A stretch of DNA of 64,000 bases from a virus. The notes under the pieces are model-generated. The model was not told the origin of the DNA. It saw only the letters and a program-made list of their open reading frames with translations, and ran no database searches. The stretch lies in the IMG/VR virus record IMGVR_UViG_3300028569_000019, positions 32,780 through 96,779 of that record; one strand, written 5' to 3'. Both the position numbers and the translations under genes were made by a program. Of the stretch, positions 56,657 to 64,000 are shown one piece after another (within the stretch, counting starts at the first letter, position 1; each line of letters begins with the position of its first letter).

Positions 56657-57792
56657 AATTTATTGATTTATTAACCGAAGTTAAAATGTATGAAGCAATG
56701 GGTTTACCACCCGATAGTATAATGACATTGGATCAGTTTGTGAATTCATCAGGTCTAGAAGAAGCTGATATGACCCGTACAATGACTCCGGACGAAATGC
56801 AAGACTACCTCGCAAAAACCGCCGATGGTAAAAAGACAAAATTAGATAAGTACATGATGCCCTATGTACACAGAGGCAATATTGAAATTAAAGATGAAAA
56901 TGATCGTAAGTTTGATTTAGATAAATTGAAAGCAGCGATTATTACTCGTCCTACAAAGTTATTAAAACAAAATGAAAAGATTACCCATAGTGGAGGCGAA
57001 ACCGCACAATATTTCAATATAGGTTTGCCAGCTTTAAAAGGATTAGCAGTAAATGAAAAGACTGGCGATTTTATTGTAGTAGATACGTGTCCTGGCGCAG
57101 GTGCTTGTAAAGTATATTGTTATGCTAAAAAAGGCGGCTATGTACAATGGAAAGAAAGTTCAATGTCTCAAACCAAAGTATTGAACTTTTTGCTAAACGA
57201 TCCACAAGGATTTAAAGCAAAATTAGAATCCGAAATACAAACTGAAGTGGATAAGTTTGCTAAAAAAGGAGCTAAAGTAGTAATTAGATGGCACGATGCT
57301 GGTGATTTTTTCAGTCCAGATTATGTTGATTTAGCTTATAGTGTTGCCAGAAAGTTCCCACAAGTTGATTTTTATGCTTATACAAAAATGGCAGGTGTAG
57401 CAACTGGAAACAAGCCTAATAATTTTAAGATGAATTTTAGTATGGGTGCTACTCAAGATCAAGAAAAACAAATACAACCTAAGAGTACTAAACATTCTAC
57501 AGTAGTTCCAAAACCAATGTTTACCGATTTGATTTTGAAAGATAACAATGGCAAATTGATAAAAGATAAAGACGGTAAGATTCAATTTAAGTCGCCTGAG
57601 GCTATAGATACATTAAAAGATAAATTGTCTGCAAAATATGGCGTTCCTAAAGATAGCATCATTACATACGATGAGATGAAAGTAATTCCAGCTGGAAAAG
57701 AACCAAAGTGGAATGTTATAGTTAAACCAGGCGACGGCGATGAAAGTGCAAACAGAGCGGATGTAGTAGGTACTTGGTTATTAATCCACTAA
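56653..57792 (+). CDS. Gp88-like protein (Cys-triad, radical-SAM-like)
   Basis: TCPGAGACKVYCYA, IRWHDAGDF and FYAYTK motifs. Confidence 0.75.
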   Translation: MKFIDLLTEVKMYEAMGLPPDSIMTLDQFVNSSGLEEADMTRTMTPDEMQDYLAKTADGKKTKLDKYMMPYVHRGNIEIKDENDRKFDLDKLKAAIITRPTKLLKQNEKITHSGGETAQYFNIGLPALKGLAVNEKTGDFIVVDTCPGAGACKVYCYAKKGGYVQWKESSMSQTKVLNFLLNDPQGFKAKLESEIQTEVDKFAKKGAKVVIRWHDAGDFFSPDYVDLAYSVARKFPQVDFYAYTKMAGVATGNKPNNFKMNFSMGATQDQEKQIQPKSTKHSTVVPKPMFTDLILKDNNGKLIKDKDGKIQFKSPEAIDTLKDKLSAKYGVPKDSIITYDEMKVIPAGKEPKWNVIVKPGDGDESANRADVVGTWLLIH

Positions 57793-57831
57793 TTTAGTTG
57801 TATTATCTCACGTTTGAGATATTTATAATTA

Positions 57832-58599
57832 ATGAGTGCTAATGTCAAGAAATATTTGTATCTATTGGTTAAAACCCATTCTGTAACTGGAATGAGATAT
57901 CTTTGTAAGAGAGTTACTACTAGTGATTCCAAAGCTATTTCATACTTAGGATCCGGAACAAGATGGAATAACCATTTAAAAGTCCACGGAAAACATATAA
58001 ATACAGAAATACTTGTTAAATATGATTTAGATAGAATTGAAGAATTTAGTAAGTTGTGTATAGATTATAGTAACAAATTTGATATAGTTAAAAGTGGCGA
58101 TTGGTCAAATTTAATCATTGAAACGGGTAAACCCGGAACTAAAATAGGTATTTATTGTGGTGATAAAGGAACTTTTTTTGGAAAGAAACACACCGAAGAA
58201 ACAAAAGAAAAAATAAGCATTGCGAATCGTGGAGATAATAATGTAATGCGTAGAAATAAGATTGCTTTAGAAAAGATGATTTTGACAAAAAATAAACCGG
58301 AAAATAAAGAAAAACAAAGATTGATTGCAATTGAAGTAAATAGTAGACCCGAAGTAAAAGAAAAGATTAGACAGTCAAAATTAGGATTAAATAATCCATC
58401 TGCAGATAAAAATATTTATACATTAAAAAATAAATTTACTGGAGATACAATCAATGGAACAAGATTTGATCTAATTGAACAAATGAAAAAATTAAATAGT
58501 AACAATCCATCTATTAATATATTAACAAATGGAGACATTGGTTATTTCTTAAAAAAAGACAGAGTTGTAAAAAACGTGAAAGGGTGGACTAAGATATGA
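57832..58599 (+). CDS. Seg-like (degenerate GIY-YIG) homing endonuclease
   Basis: YLYLLVKTHSVTGMRYLCK..YLGSG; NUMOD3 FFGKKHTEETKEKIS. Confidence 0.8.
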   Translation: MSANVKKYLYLLVKTHSVTGMRYLCKRVTTSDSKAISYLGSGTRWNNHLKVHGKHINTEILVKYDLDRIEEFSKLCIDYSNKFDIVKSGDWSNLIIETGKPGTKIGIYCGDKGTFFGKKHTEETKEKISIANRGDNNVMRRNKIALEKMILTKNKPENKEKQRLIAIEVNSRPEVKEKIRQSKLGLNNPSADKNIYTLKNKFTGDTINGTRFDLIEQMKKLNSNNPSINILTNGDIGYFLKKDRVVKNVKGWTKI

Positions 58600-59888
58600 G
58601 TGCTAATCTTGACTCCGATAGGGTAAGATGGCCTGGAAGTGGTAGCAGTGTTACCCAAGACACTGTGCCATTTGGTTATTACTTAAGCGAAAGTTGCAAC
58701 ACAGTATCTGGCGAAACTACATTTGAAAACGATTGTAGTAGCAGCGCTATGTGGGCAGCGAAACGTTTGGGGTATCCAATCATCGATATAGAAATGATCG
58801 ATGTTAATTTTTACGCTTGTTTTGAAGAATCTGTATTGGAGTATAACCGCGTTGTTAATGAATTTAATATCGTTAATAATATGGTTAATTTACAAGGTTT
58901 ACCTCAAGCCACATACAACAATTTAACTGGATTGGGTGTAAAAAGTACAGGTTTGCCTTTTATAATCCAATTAAGCAAACAATACGGAGCAGAAGCACTT
59001 GTTGGTGGTGAAGTTGAAGTTAAACGCAATTATGTAACTATTAGTGGAAGTATCAATCCATCTGCTACCAATCAGGTGTATGACTTAAATAAACTAATTG
59101 GACAAGACATTGAACATTTAACTGGTTCCAGAATTGAAGTGAAAAGAGTATTTCACCATCGACCACCAGCTATTGCACGTATTTATGATCCATTTAGTAT
59201 GACAGGTATGAGTTACAGCAACGTACTCAGTGAAATGGGATTCAGCGCATATAGTCCCGCTACACAATTCTTGATGACTCCTATATTTGAAGATTTGGAA
59301 CGTGTACAAGCTATCGAATTCAATGATATGGTTCGTAAAAGCGCTTACAGTTTTGAAATTCTAGGCAACAACAAGTTGAGAATATTTCCAATCCCAACCG
59401 ATAATTTTAGAGTGTATATAGATTACATCGTTGAACGTGAACGTGATATTACCAACTTTTACAGCGGATCTCGTTATCAATATATAAGCGACCCAAGCGA
59501 CGTTCCATATGAATATTGTACTTACTGTAAGGTAAATCAGCCTGGTAAACAATGGATCAAAAAGTATTTTTTGGCATTGTGCAAAGAAACATTGGGTCGT
59601 ATTCTTCAAAAATATAGTACCGTACCAATTCCTGGCGGCGAAGTAACTCTTGATGGTGCTGAACTTCGTTCTGAAGCTAAAGAAGAAAAAGATTCATTGC
59701 TTGAAAAACTAAGAGATATGTTGGAAAAGACGCTTCGTGTTAATCAATTGGAAAATAAAGGAAAAGAAAGTGAAGAAATGAATAAGATGTTGTCCCGTGT
59801 ACCTTTACATATTTACATTGGGGTTTGGGCATTTTTACTAATATATATTAATATATGGACAAACATCAATGTGATATCTGTGGTTTAA
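58596..59888 (+). CDS. Neck / head-tail adaptor protein (gp13-like)
   Basis: RLGYPIIDIE, WIKKYFLALCKETLG..KY..PGGEVTLDG motifs. Confidence 0.8.
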   Translation: MSANLDSDRVRWPGSGSSVTQDTVPFGYYLSESCNTVSGETTFENDCSSSAMWAAKRLGYPIIDIEMIDVNFYACFEESVLEYNRVVNEFNIVNNMVNLQGLPQATYNNLTGLGVKSTGLPFIIQLSKQYGAEALVGGEVEVKRNYVTISGSINPSATNQVYDLNKLIGQDIEHLTGSRIEVKRVFHHRPPAIARIYDPFSMTGMSYSNVLSEMGFSAYSPATQFLMTPIFEDLERVQAIEFNDMVRKSAYSFEILGNNKLRIFPIPTDNFRVYIDYIVERERDITNFYSGSRYQYISDPSDVPYEYCTYCKVNQPGKQWIKKYFLALCKETLGRILQKYSTVPIPGGEVTLDGAELRSEAKEEKDSLLEKLRDMLEKTLRVNQLENKGKESEEMNKMLSRVPLHIYIGVWAFLLIYINIWTNINVISVV

Positions 59889-60748
59889 AATATAAAAGCA
59901 CCAGATCTTTATCAATTCATATAAAATCTTCACATAAAATATCGACTGAAGAATATTATATAAAACATGTTAATATAAATAAAAGTGAGTGTATTTCTTG
60001 TAAATCAAAAACTAGGTTCGTGTCTTTAGTCGACGGATATTCAAAATACTGCAGTATTAAATGTTCGAAAATACATTATTATAGCGATGTGAATAATAGA
60101 ATTTTTGTATCGGAAAAAACAAAAATTGCTATGAAAAATCCCATTGTTAAAGAAAAAATGTCTAAATTTTTTTCGAAAGAAAAGTCAAAGGAAACTTTAG
60201 AAAAAATGAGTATATCTAGTAAAAAAAGATTTGAGGATGAAAATTTTAAAAAAAAGATATATACCAAAGAGAGAAATGAGAAAATCTCGATAGCAAAAAA
60301 GAAATATTGGGATACACATCCAGAAGAGAAAAAGCGTGTTGGTCAGATATGGAAAATATTGAAAGAAGAAGACGAATCCAAATGGAGAGGAAATTTATTA
60401 AGAGCGTCTAGACTGGGGTTTAAAAAAATATTTTCTCCTACAGGAAACACATCGTTGGAGGAAAAATTGTATAAACAGTTGGAGTTAGAAAATATAAAAT
60501 ATATACCACAATATGTTATAGATTATAAAGTGTTCGATGCGTATTTGCCGGATTATAATCTAGTAATTGAGATTGATGGTATATTTTGGCATCCAAAATC
60601 GCTGGGTGAATGTAAATATGAATTTCAAAAAACATCATATTTTAATGATTTGGAAAAAGAAAATTTATTAAAACAAAAAAACATAAAATTGATACGAATT
60701 CGAGAAAATGAATTTCCAGATTCAATCATTAACACTATAAATAAATAA
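59855..60748 (+). CDS. Zn-finger / DUF559 (Vsr-like) homing endonuclease
   Basis: CDIC..HIKSSH, CISC, YCSIKC and FDAYLPDYNLVIEIDGIFWH motifs. Confidence 0.82.
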   Translation: MDKHQCDICGLKYKSTRSLSIHIKSSHKISTEEYYIKHVNINKSECISCKSKTRFVSLVDGYSKYCSIKCSKIHYYSDVNNRIFVSEKTKIAMKNPIVKEKMSKFFSKEKSKETLEKMSISSKKRFEDENFKKKIYTKERNEKISIAKKKYWDTHPEEKKRVGQIWKILKEEDESKWRGNLLRASRLGFKKIFSPTGNTSLEEKLYKQLELENIKYIPQYVIDYKVFDAYLPDYNLVIEIDGIFWHPKSLGECKYEFQKTSYFNDLEKENLLKQKNIKLIRIRENEFPDSIINTINK

Positions 60749-60770
60749 TATGTATATATTTATATAATGT

Positions 60771-61340
60771 ATGGCAGCACCTGTATCTCCACAGTATCCA
60801 AAAACCGATCCAAAATTTAAACAATATTGGACATCAACTCGTAAAGACGTTGGTATTTACAATAACAATTATTCGCCTGGAAGATATTTTTCTCCAAGAG
60901 ACATAAACTTCTTGGGAAGTGTTAATTCTGAATTGATAGGTGATATAATTGAATGTGTTGTTCAAGTATTTAAGATTGCTGCTTATGAAACCAATACCAA
61001 TATTTATGGCGAAAGTAGCAGTGATAAAGGTAAAGTTTTCTATTCTGGTATTGATTTGAGTTGCCTTGTTCAACGTGAAGACATTAATACTGAAAATCAA
61101 GGATATGGTCCTGATAGAAAGCAAGATATCGTTTACAGATTCAGAGAACGTGATTGTATTACCACCAATTATTTTCCAGAAATTGGCGACTTGGTTTTGT
61201 ATAATGAACGTTATTACGAAATTGATAATGTTGTTCAAGAACAATTCTTGGGCGGACATCCAGATAAATCTTGGAGCTTAATTGTTAATACACATTACAC
61301 AAGACTAAGTAAGCTTAACCTCGTAGAAAGACAAACATAA
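60771..61340 (+). CDS. Neck / head-closure protein (gp14-like)
   Basis: NIYGES and PEIGDLVLYNERYYEIDNV; follows the gp13-like gene. Confidence 0.65.
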   Translation: MAAPVSPQYPKTDPKFKQYWTSTRKDVGIYNNNYSPGRYFSPRDINFLGSVNSELIGDIIECVVQVFKIAAYETNTNIYGESSSDKGKVFYSGIDLSCLVQREDINTENQGYGPDRKQDIVYRFRERDCITTNYFPEIGDLVLYNERYYEIDNVVQEQFLGGHPDKSWSLIVNTHYTRLSKLNLVERQT

Positions 61341-61343
61341 TTT

Positions 61344-62732
61344 ATGGCTTGGGGTCCAAATACTAATATAAATCCGCCGCCAAATCCGATTGAAAATGCA
61401 TCATCTCAATCAGATGTTAACAAGCTTTATAATAGAGCAAACGCATCTCGTCGTGATACTGATAAAGAGAAGAATTTTACGGTCACTTTATTAGACGTTG
61501 ATACAGCTGTTATTAATACTTTAAACGATACACTCAGACTTCAAGTTAATGATAACGGTGAAGTTGTAAAAGTGCCAGTTATATATGGTAATCCTGAAAG
61601 ATGGTTTGCTATGAAAAAATTTGGTCATATTAGAGATAACCAAGGCAAAATATTGTTGCCAGCCATAATGATTCGTAGAAAAAGTGTTGAAAATAACAAA
61701 GAACTAGCAACCTTTAATCGTTATCTAAATTACGAAACTATAATGAATTATAGTGAAAAGAACAAGTATGATAGATTTGATTTAATGAATAAAGGTGCTT
61801 TTGCTAGCAAACCAACCAAGCAAATTTATAGTGTAAGTTTACCAGTTCAAGTAAATATAACATACGAATGCATCATTTGGACCGATTATGTAGATCAAAA
61901 TAATAAACTGTTGGAACAAATAAACTACGCAGCTAAAGACTACTGGGGTGACGCGGAGAGATTTAAATTTAGAGCTAGAATAGATAGTTACAGCATCGAA
62001 CAAGAAGTTAACGACGGTGAAGATCGTAATATCAAAACAACATTCGATATAAATGTCAATGCTTACTTGCTAAATGATAATTATATAACAAATTTAAACG
62101 GGGTAAAAAATACCACTCAAAAGCTATTTACTGTAAGAAAAGTAATGTTGCAAGAAAATGCTGTAGCTAGTGCTGGAGAAATGGGTGCAATTGAACATAA
62201 TGTTATTAAAAACAGTAGTAATCTAAAAGATAGTCCATTGGATTACACAGATGTAACAGGTCAAGGTACAATGGCACTAAAGCCAAATGAAGTAACCAAT
62301 TTGGATGGTTATAATAAAATACCATCAAATTATCAAAATACAATAAATACTCCATTTCACCCAGCTCCTAAATCAATCACTGATTATGGAGAAAATGGTT
62401 GGTTAGCTTATGATAGTAAATATATTTATGTATATCAATATCCATCGGGGTGGTTAAAAAGAGAAATATCTACATTTGATTATGATTATAGTAGTCAAAC
62501 TTATATAAGTGGTTATGACTGTAATGGCAATCCCATATACACTACAGCTAATAGAAGACCTATAAATACAGCTTTTAGAATATTTCAAAGATTTCCTGAT
62601 AAATTCTATCATCAAGTACCTTATCAATCATCTGACTATGGAGAAGATGGCTGGGTAAGCTACGACGGTAATTATTTTTATATTTATAGTACAGGTCAAT
62701 GGAGACGAATACCAATTTCTCTATTTAAATAA
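61344..62732 (+). CDS. Tail terminator / sheath stabiliser (gp15-like) with C-terminal extension
   Basis: KVPVIYGNPERW, LPAIMI and PVQVNITYE..IWT motifs. Confidence 0.7.
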   Translation: MAWGPNTNINPPPNPIENASSQSDVNKLYNRANASRRDTDKEKNFTVTLLDVDTAVINTLNDTLRLQVNDNGEVVKVPVIYGNPERWFAMKKFGHIRDNQGKILLPAIMIRRKSVENNKELATFNRYLNYETIMNYSEKNKYDRFDLMNKGAFASKPTKQIYSVSLPVQVNITYECIIWTDYVDQNNKLLEQINYAAKDYWGDAERFKFRARIDSYSIEQEVNDGEDRNIKTTFDINVNAYLLNDNYITNLNGVKNTTQKLFTVRKVMLQENAVASAGEMGAIEHNVIKNSSNLKDSPLDYTDVTGQGTMALKPNEVTNLDGYNKIPSNYQNTINTPFHPAPKSITDYGENGWLAYDSKYIYVYQYPSGWLKREISTFDYDYSSQTYISGYDCNGNPIYTTANRRPINTAFRIFQRFPDKFYHQVPYQSSDYGEDGWVSYDGNYFYIYSTGQWRRIPISLFK

Positions 62733-62803
62733 ATATAGTTAATATTTATCTTTTTTAACACTATGTAGACGCTATTTAGTTGTTTTTGTTATATTTATAA
62801 GAA

Positions 62804-64000
62804 ATGTCAACATTGAAGAAAGATCCATGCGAAGTTTCACCAATAAAATTGGACAATGCTTTGTATGACTATAAAAAATTAACAGCGACTTTTAAAGATC
62901 CTACTACAGAACTGTTTCTTAAAATAATCGATGAATTACGCAAAATAATTTATTGTAGAACCAGTTCCAGATATTTTAACAATGTTGCAACAAAACAAAT
63001 ACCCTGCGATCAAAAAGCAAAAGTTTGGGTATTTGATCATAATCTAAATTCGGATCTGGTATTAATTCAAACATATGATGAAAATTTTAACCAGTTAATA
63101 CCTGAAACAATAGTTTTAAATAATGATAATACTGCTACAATAACTTTTTCATTTGATGCATGTGGTTATATCATAGGTGTAAGCGGTGACATAAGTACAA
63201 GCGGTACATCTGGAACAGGTACAAGTGGTACTAGCGGTACATCTGGAACAGGTACAAGTGGTACTAGCGGTAGTAGTGGTGCAAAAGGTTCAGCTGGATC
63301 AAGTGGTACCAGTACCACAAGCGGTACCAGCGGTATAAGCACATCTTCAGGAACAAGTGGAAGTAATGGTACCAGTGGAACAAATGGAGAAGGAGGTAGT
63401 AGTGGTGAAAGTGGAGAAATTGGTTCCAGCGGCAGCAGCGGTGAAAATGGAAGCAGTGGTACAAACGGCAGTAGTGGCATTTTAGGAGGCACCAATGGTA
63501 CAAGTGGTACTAGTACCACAAGCGGTACAACCGGAACAAGCGGCACCACCGGAACAAAAGGAAGATCTGGCACAAGTGGTAACGATGGAACAAGTGGAAG
63601 TAGCGGCACAAGTGGTACTAGTGGATCAAGTGGAAGTAGCGGTACGAGTGGAAGTAGTGGTTCGTCTGGAAGTAGCGGTACGAGTGGTACGTCAGGAAGC
63701 AATGGTACATCAGGCACCAGTGGCAGTAGTGGCACAAGCGGATCAAGCGGCAGCAATGGTACATCTGGTACAAGTGGTACAATCGGCACAAGTGGCACAA
63801 ACGGTACCAGTGGAAGCAGTGGGTTGAGTGGAAGCAGTGGAAGTAGTGGATCAAGTGGTACAAGTGGCACAAGTGGTAAAAGTGGAAGTAGTGGTACGAG
63901 TGGAAGTAGTGGCACAAGTGGAACTAACGGCACCAATGGTTCTAATGGAACAAGTGGTACAAGCGGTACAAGTGGTACTTCAGGTACAAGCGGAAGCAGC
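62804..64000 (+). CDS. Fibre-like protein with G-X-S collagen-like repeats (3' truncated; not in the ORF track)
   Basis: ATG at 62804, 4 nt after ATATTTATA: MSTLKKDPCEV...WVFDHNLNSDLVLIQTYD...then GTSGSS repeats, open to the window end. Confidence 0.9.
   Translation, partial: MSTLKKDPCEVSPIKLDNALYDYKKLTATFKDPTTELFLKIIDELRKIIYCRTSSRYFNNVATKQIPCDQKAKVWVFDHNLNSDLVLIQTYDENFNQLIPETIVLNNDNTATITFSFDACGYIIGVSGDISTSGTSGTGTSGTSGTSGTGTSGTSGSSGAKGSAGSSGTSTTSGTSGISTSSGTSGSNGTSGTNGEGGSSGESGEIGSSGSSGENGSSGTNGSSGILGGTNGTSGTSTTSGTTGTSGTTGTKGRSGTSGNDGTSGSSGTSGTSGSSGSSGTSGSSGSSGSSGTSGTSGSNGTSGTSGSSGTSGSSGSNGTSGTSGTIGTSGTNGTSGSSGLSGSSGSSGSSGTSGTSGKSGSSGTSGSSGTSGTNGTNGSNGTSGTSGTSGTSGTSGSS
63194..64000 (+). repeat. 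(G-T/S-S)n 9-bp-period coding repeat
   Basis: ggtacaagt / ggaagcagt / ggtactagc units; includes an exact 33-bp tandem copy near 63200-63270. Confidence 0.95.

Noticed and set aside
63166-63936. 256-aa minus-strand (PLV/PLL)n ORF and other ORFs overlapping the repeat
   Set aside because: Antisense or off-frame shadows of the GTS/GSS repeat; the + frame from 62804 has the upstream motif and a globular N-terminus
63194-64000. Possible CRISPR array
   Set aside because: Degenerate 9-bp coding periodicity, with no constant repeat and unique spacers
1-64000. Alternative genetic code (stop-codon reassignment)
   Set aside because: Long intact ORFs under code 11; TAA, TAG and TGA all end genes at sensible boundaries
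1-64000. tRNA/rRNA genes or a diversity-generating retroelement
   Set aside because: Intergenic gaps are short and AT-rich with no cloverleaf seen; no reverse transcriptase or TR/VR pair noticed (a tRNAscan/Infernal run would be decisive)

Overview
A 64-kb AT-rich segment of a large T4-related myovirus; gene order and protein style resemble the 'Far-T4' group (from recall, no search run). It uses the standard genetic code. Left to right: baseplate/tail module (1-17.6 kb); RuvC-like resolvase, primase and a single-chain Mre11-Rad50 (gp47-gp46) fusion; FkbM methyltransferase and two glycosyltransferases, one with a TibC/AAH-type protein O-heptosyltransferase domain; a 1305-aa tail sheath; terminase split by an atypical split intein with an endonuclease between the halves; portal with an HNH-containing intein; prohead protease, scaffold and major capsid protein; a minus-strand island (Mom-like modifier, ankyrin-nucleotidyl cyclase fusion, mini-MscS, lipoprotein); neck/tail-completion genes; and the start of a Gly-Thr/Ser-Ser repeat fibre that is missing from the ORF track. 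Most notable signals: (1) three free-standing endonucleases sit inside gene 5' ends, each followed by a replacement start; (2) a shared N-terminal M-(I)-x-L-x-x-L-L-x-E leader on unrelated proteins, possibly a capsid-loading signal; (3) a candidate virion glycosylation system with [ST]-[GAS]-S-rich structural proteins; (4) the ankyrin-cyclase/MscS/lipoprotein operon; (5) a strand-specific ATATTTAT(A) motif just upstream of late genes. All family calls come from motif recognition by eye.
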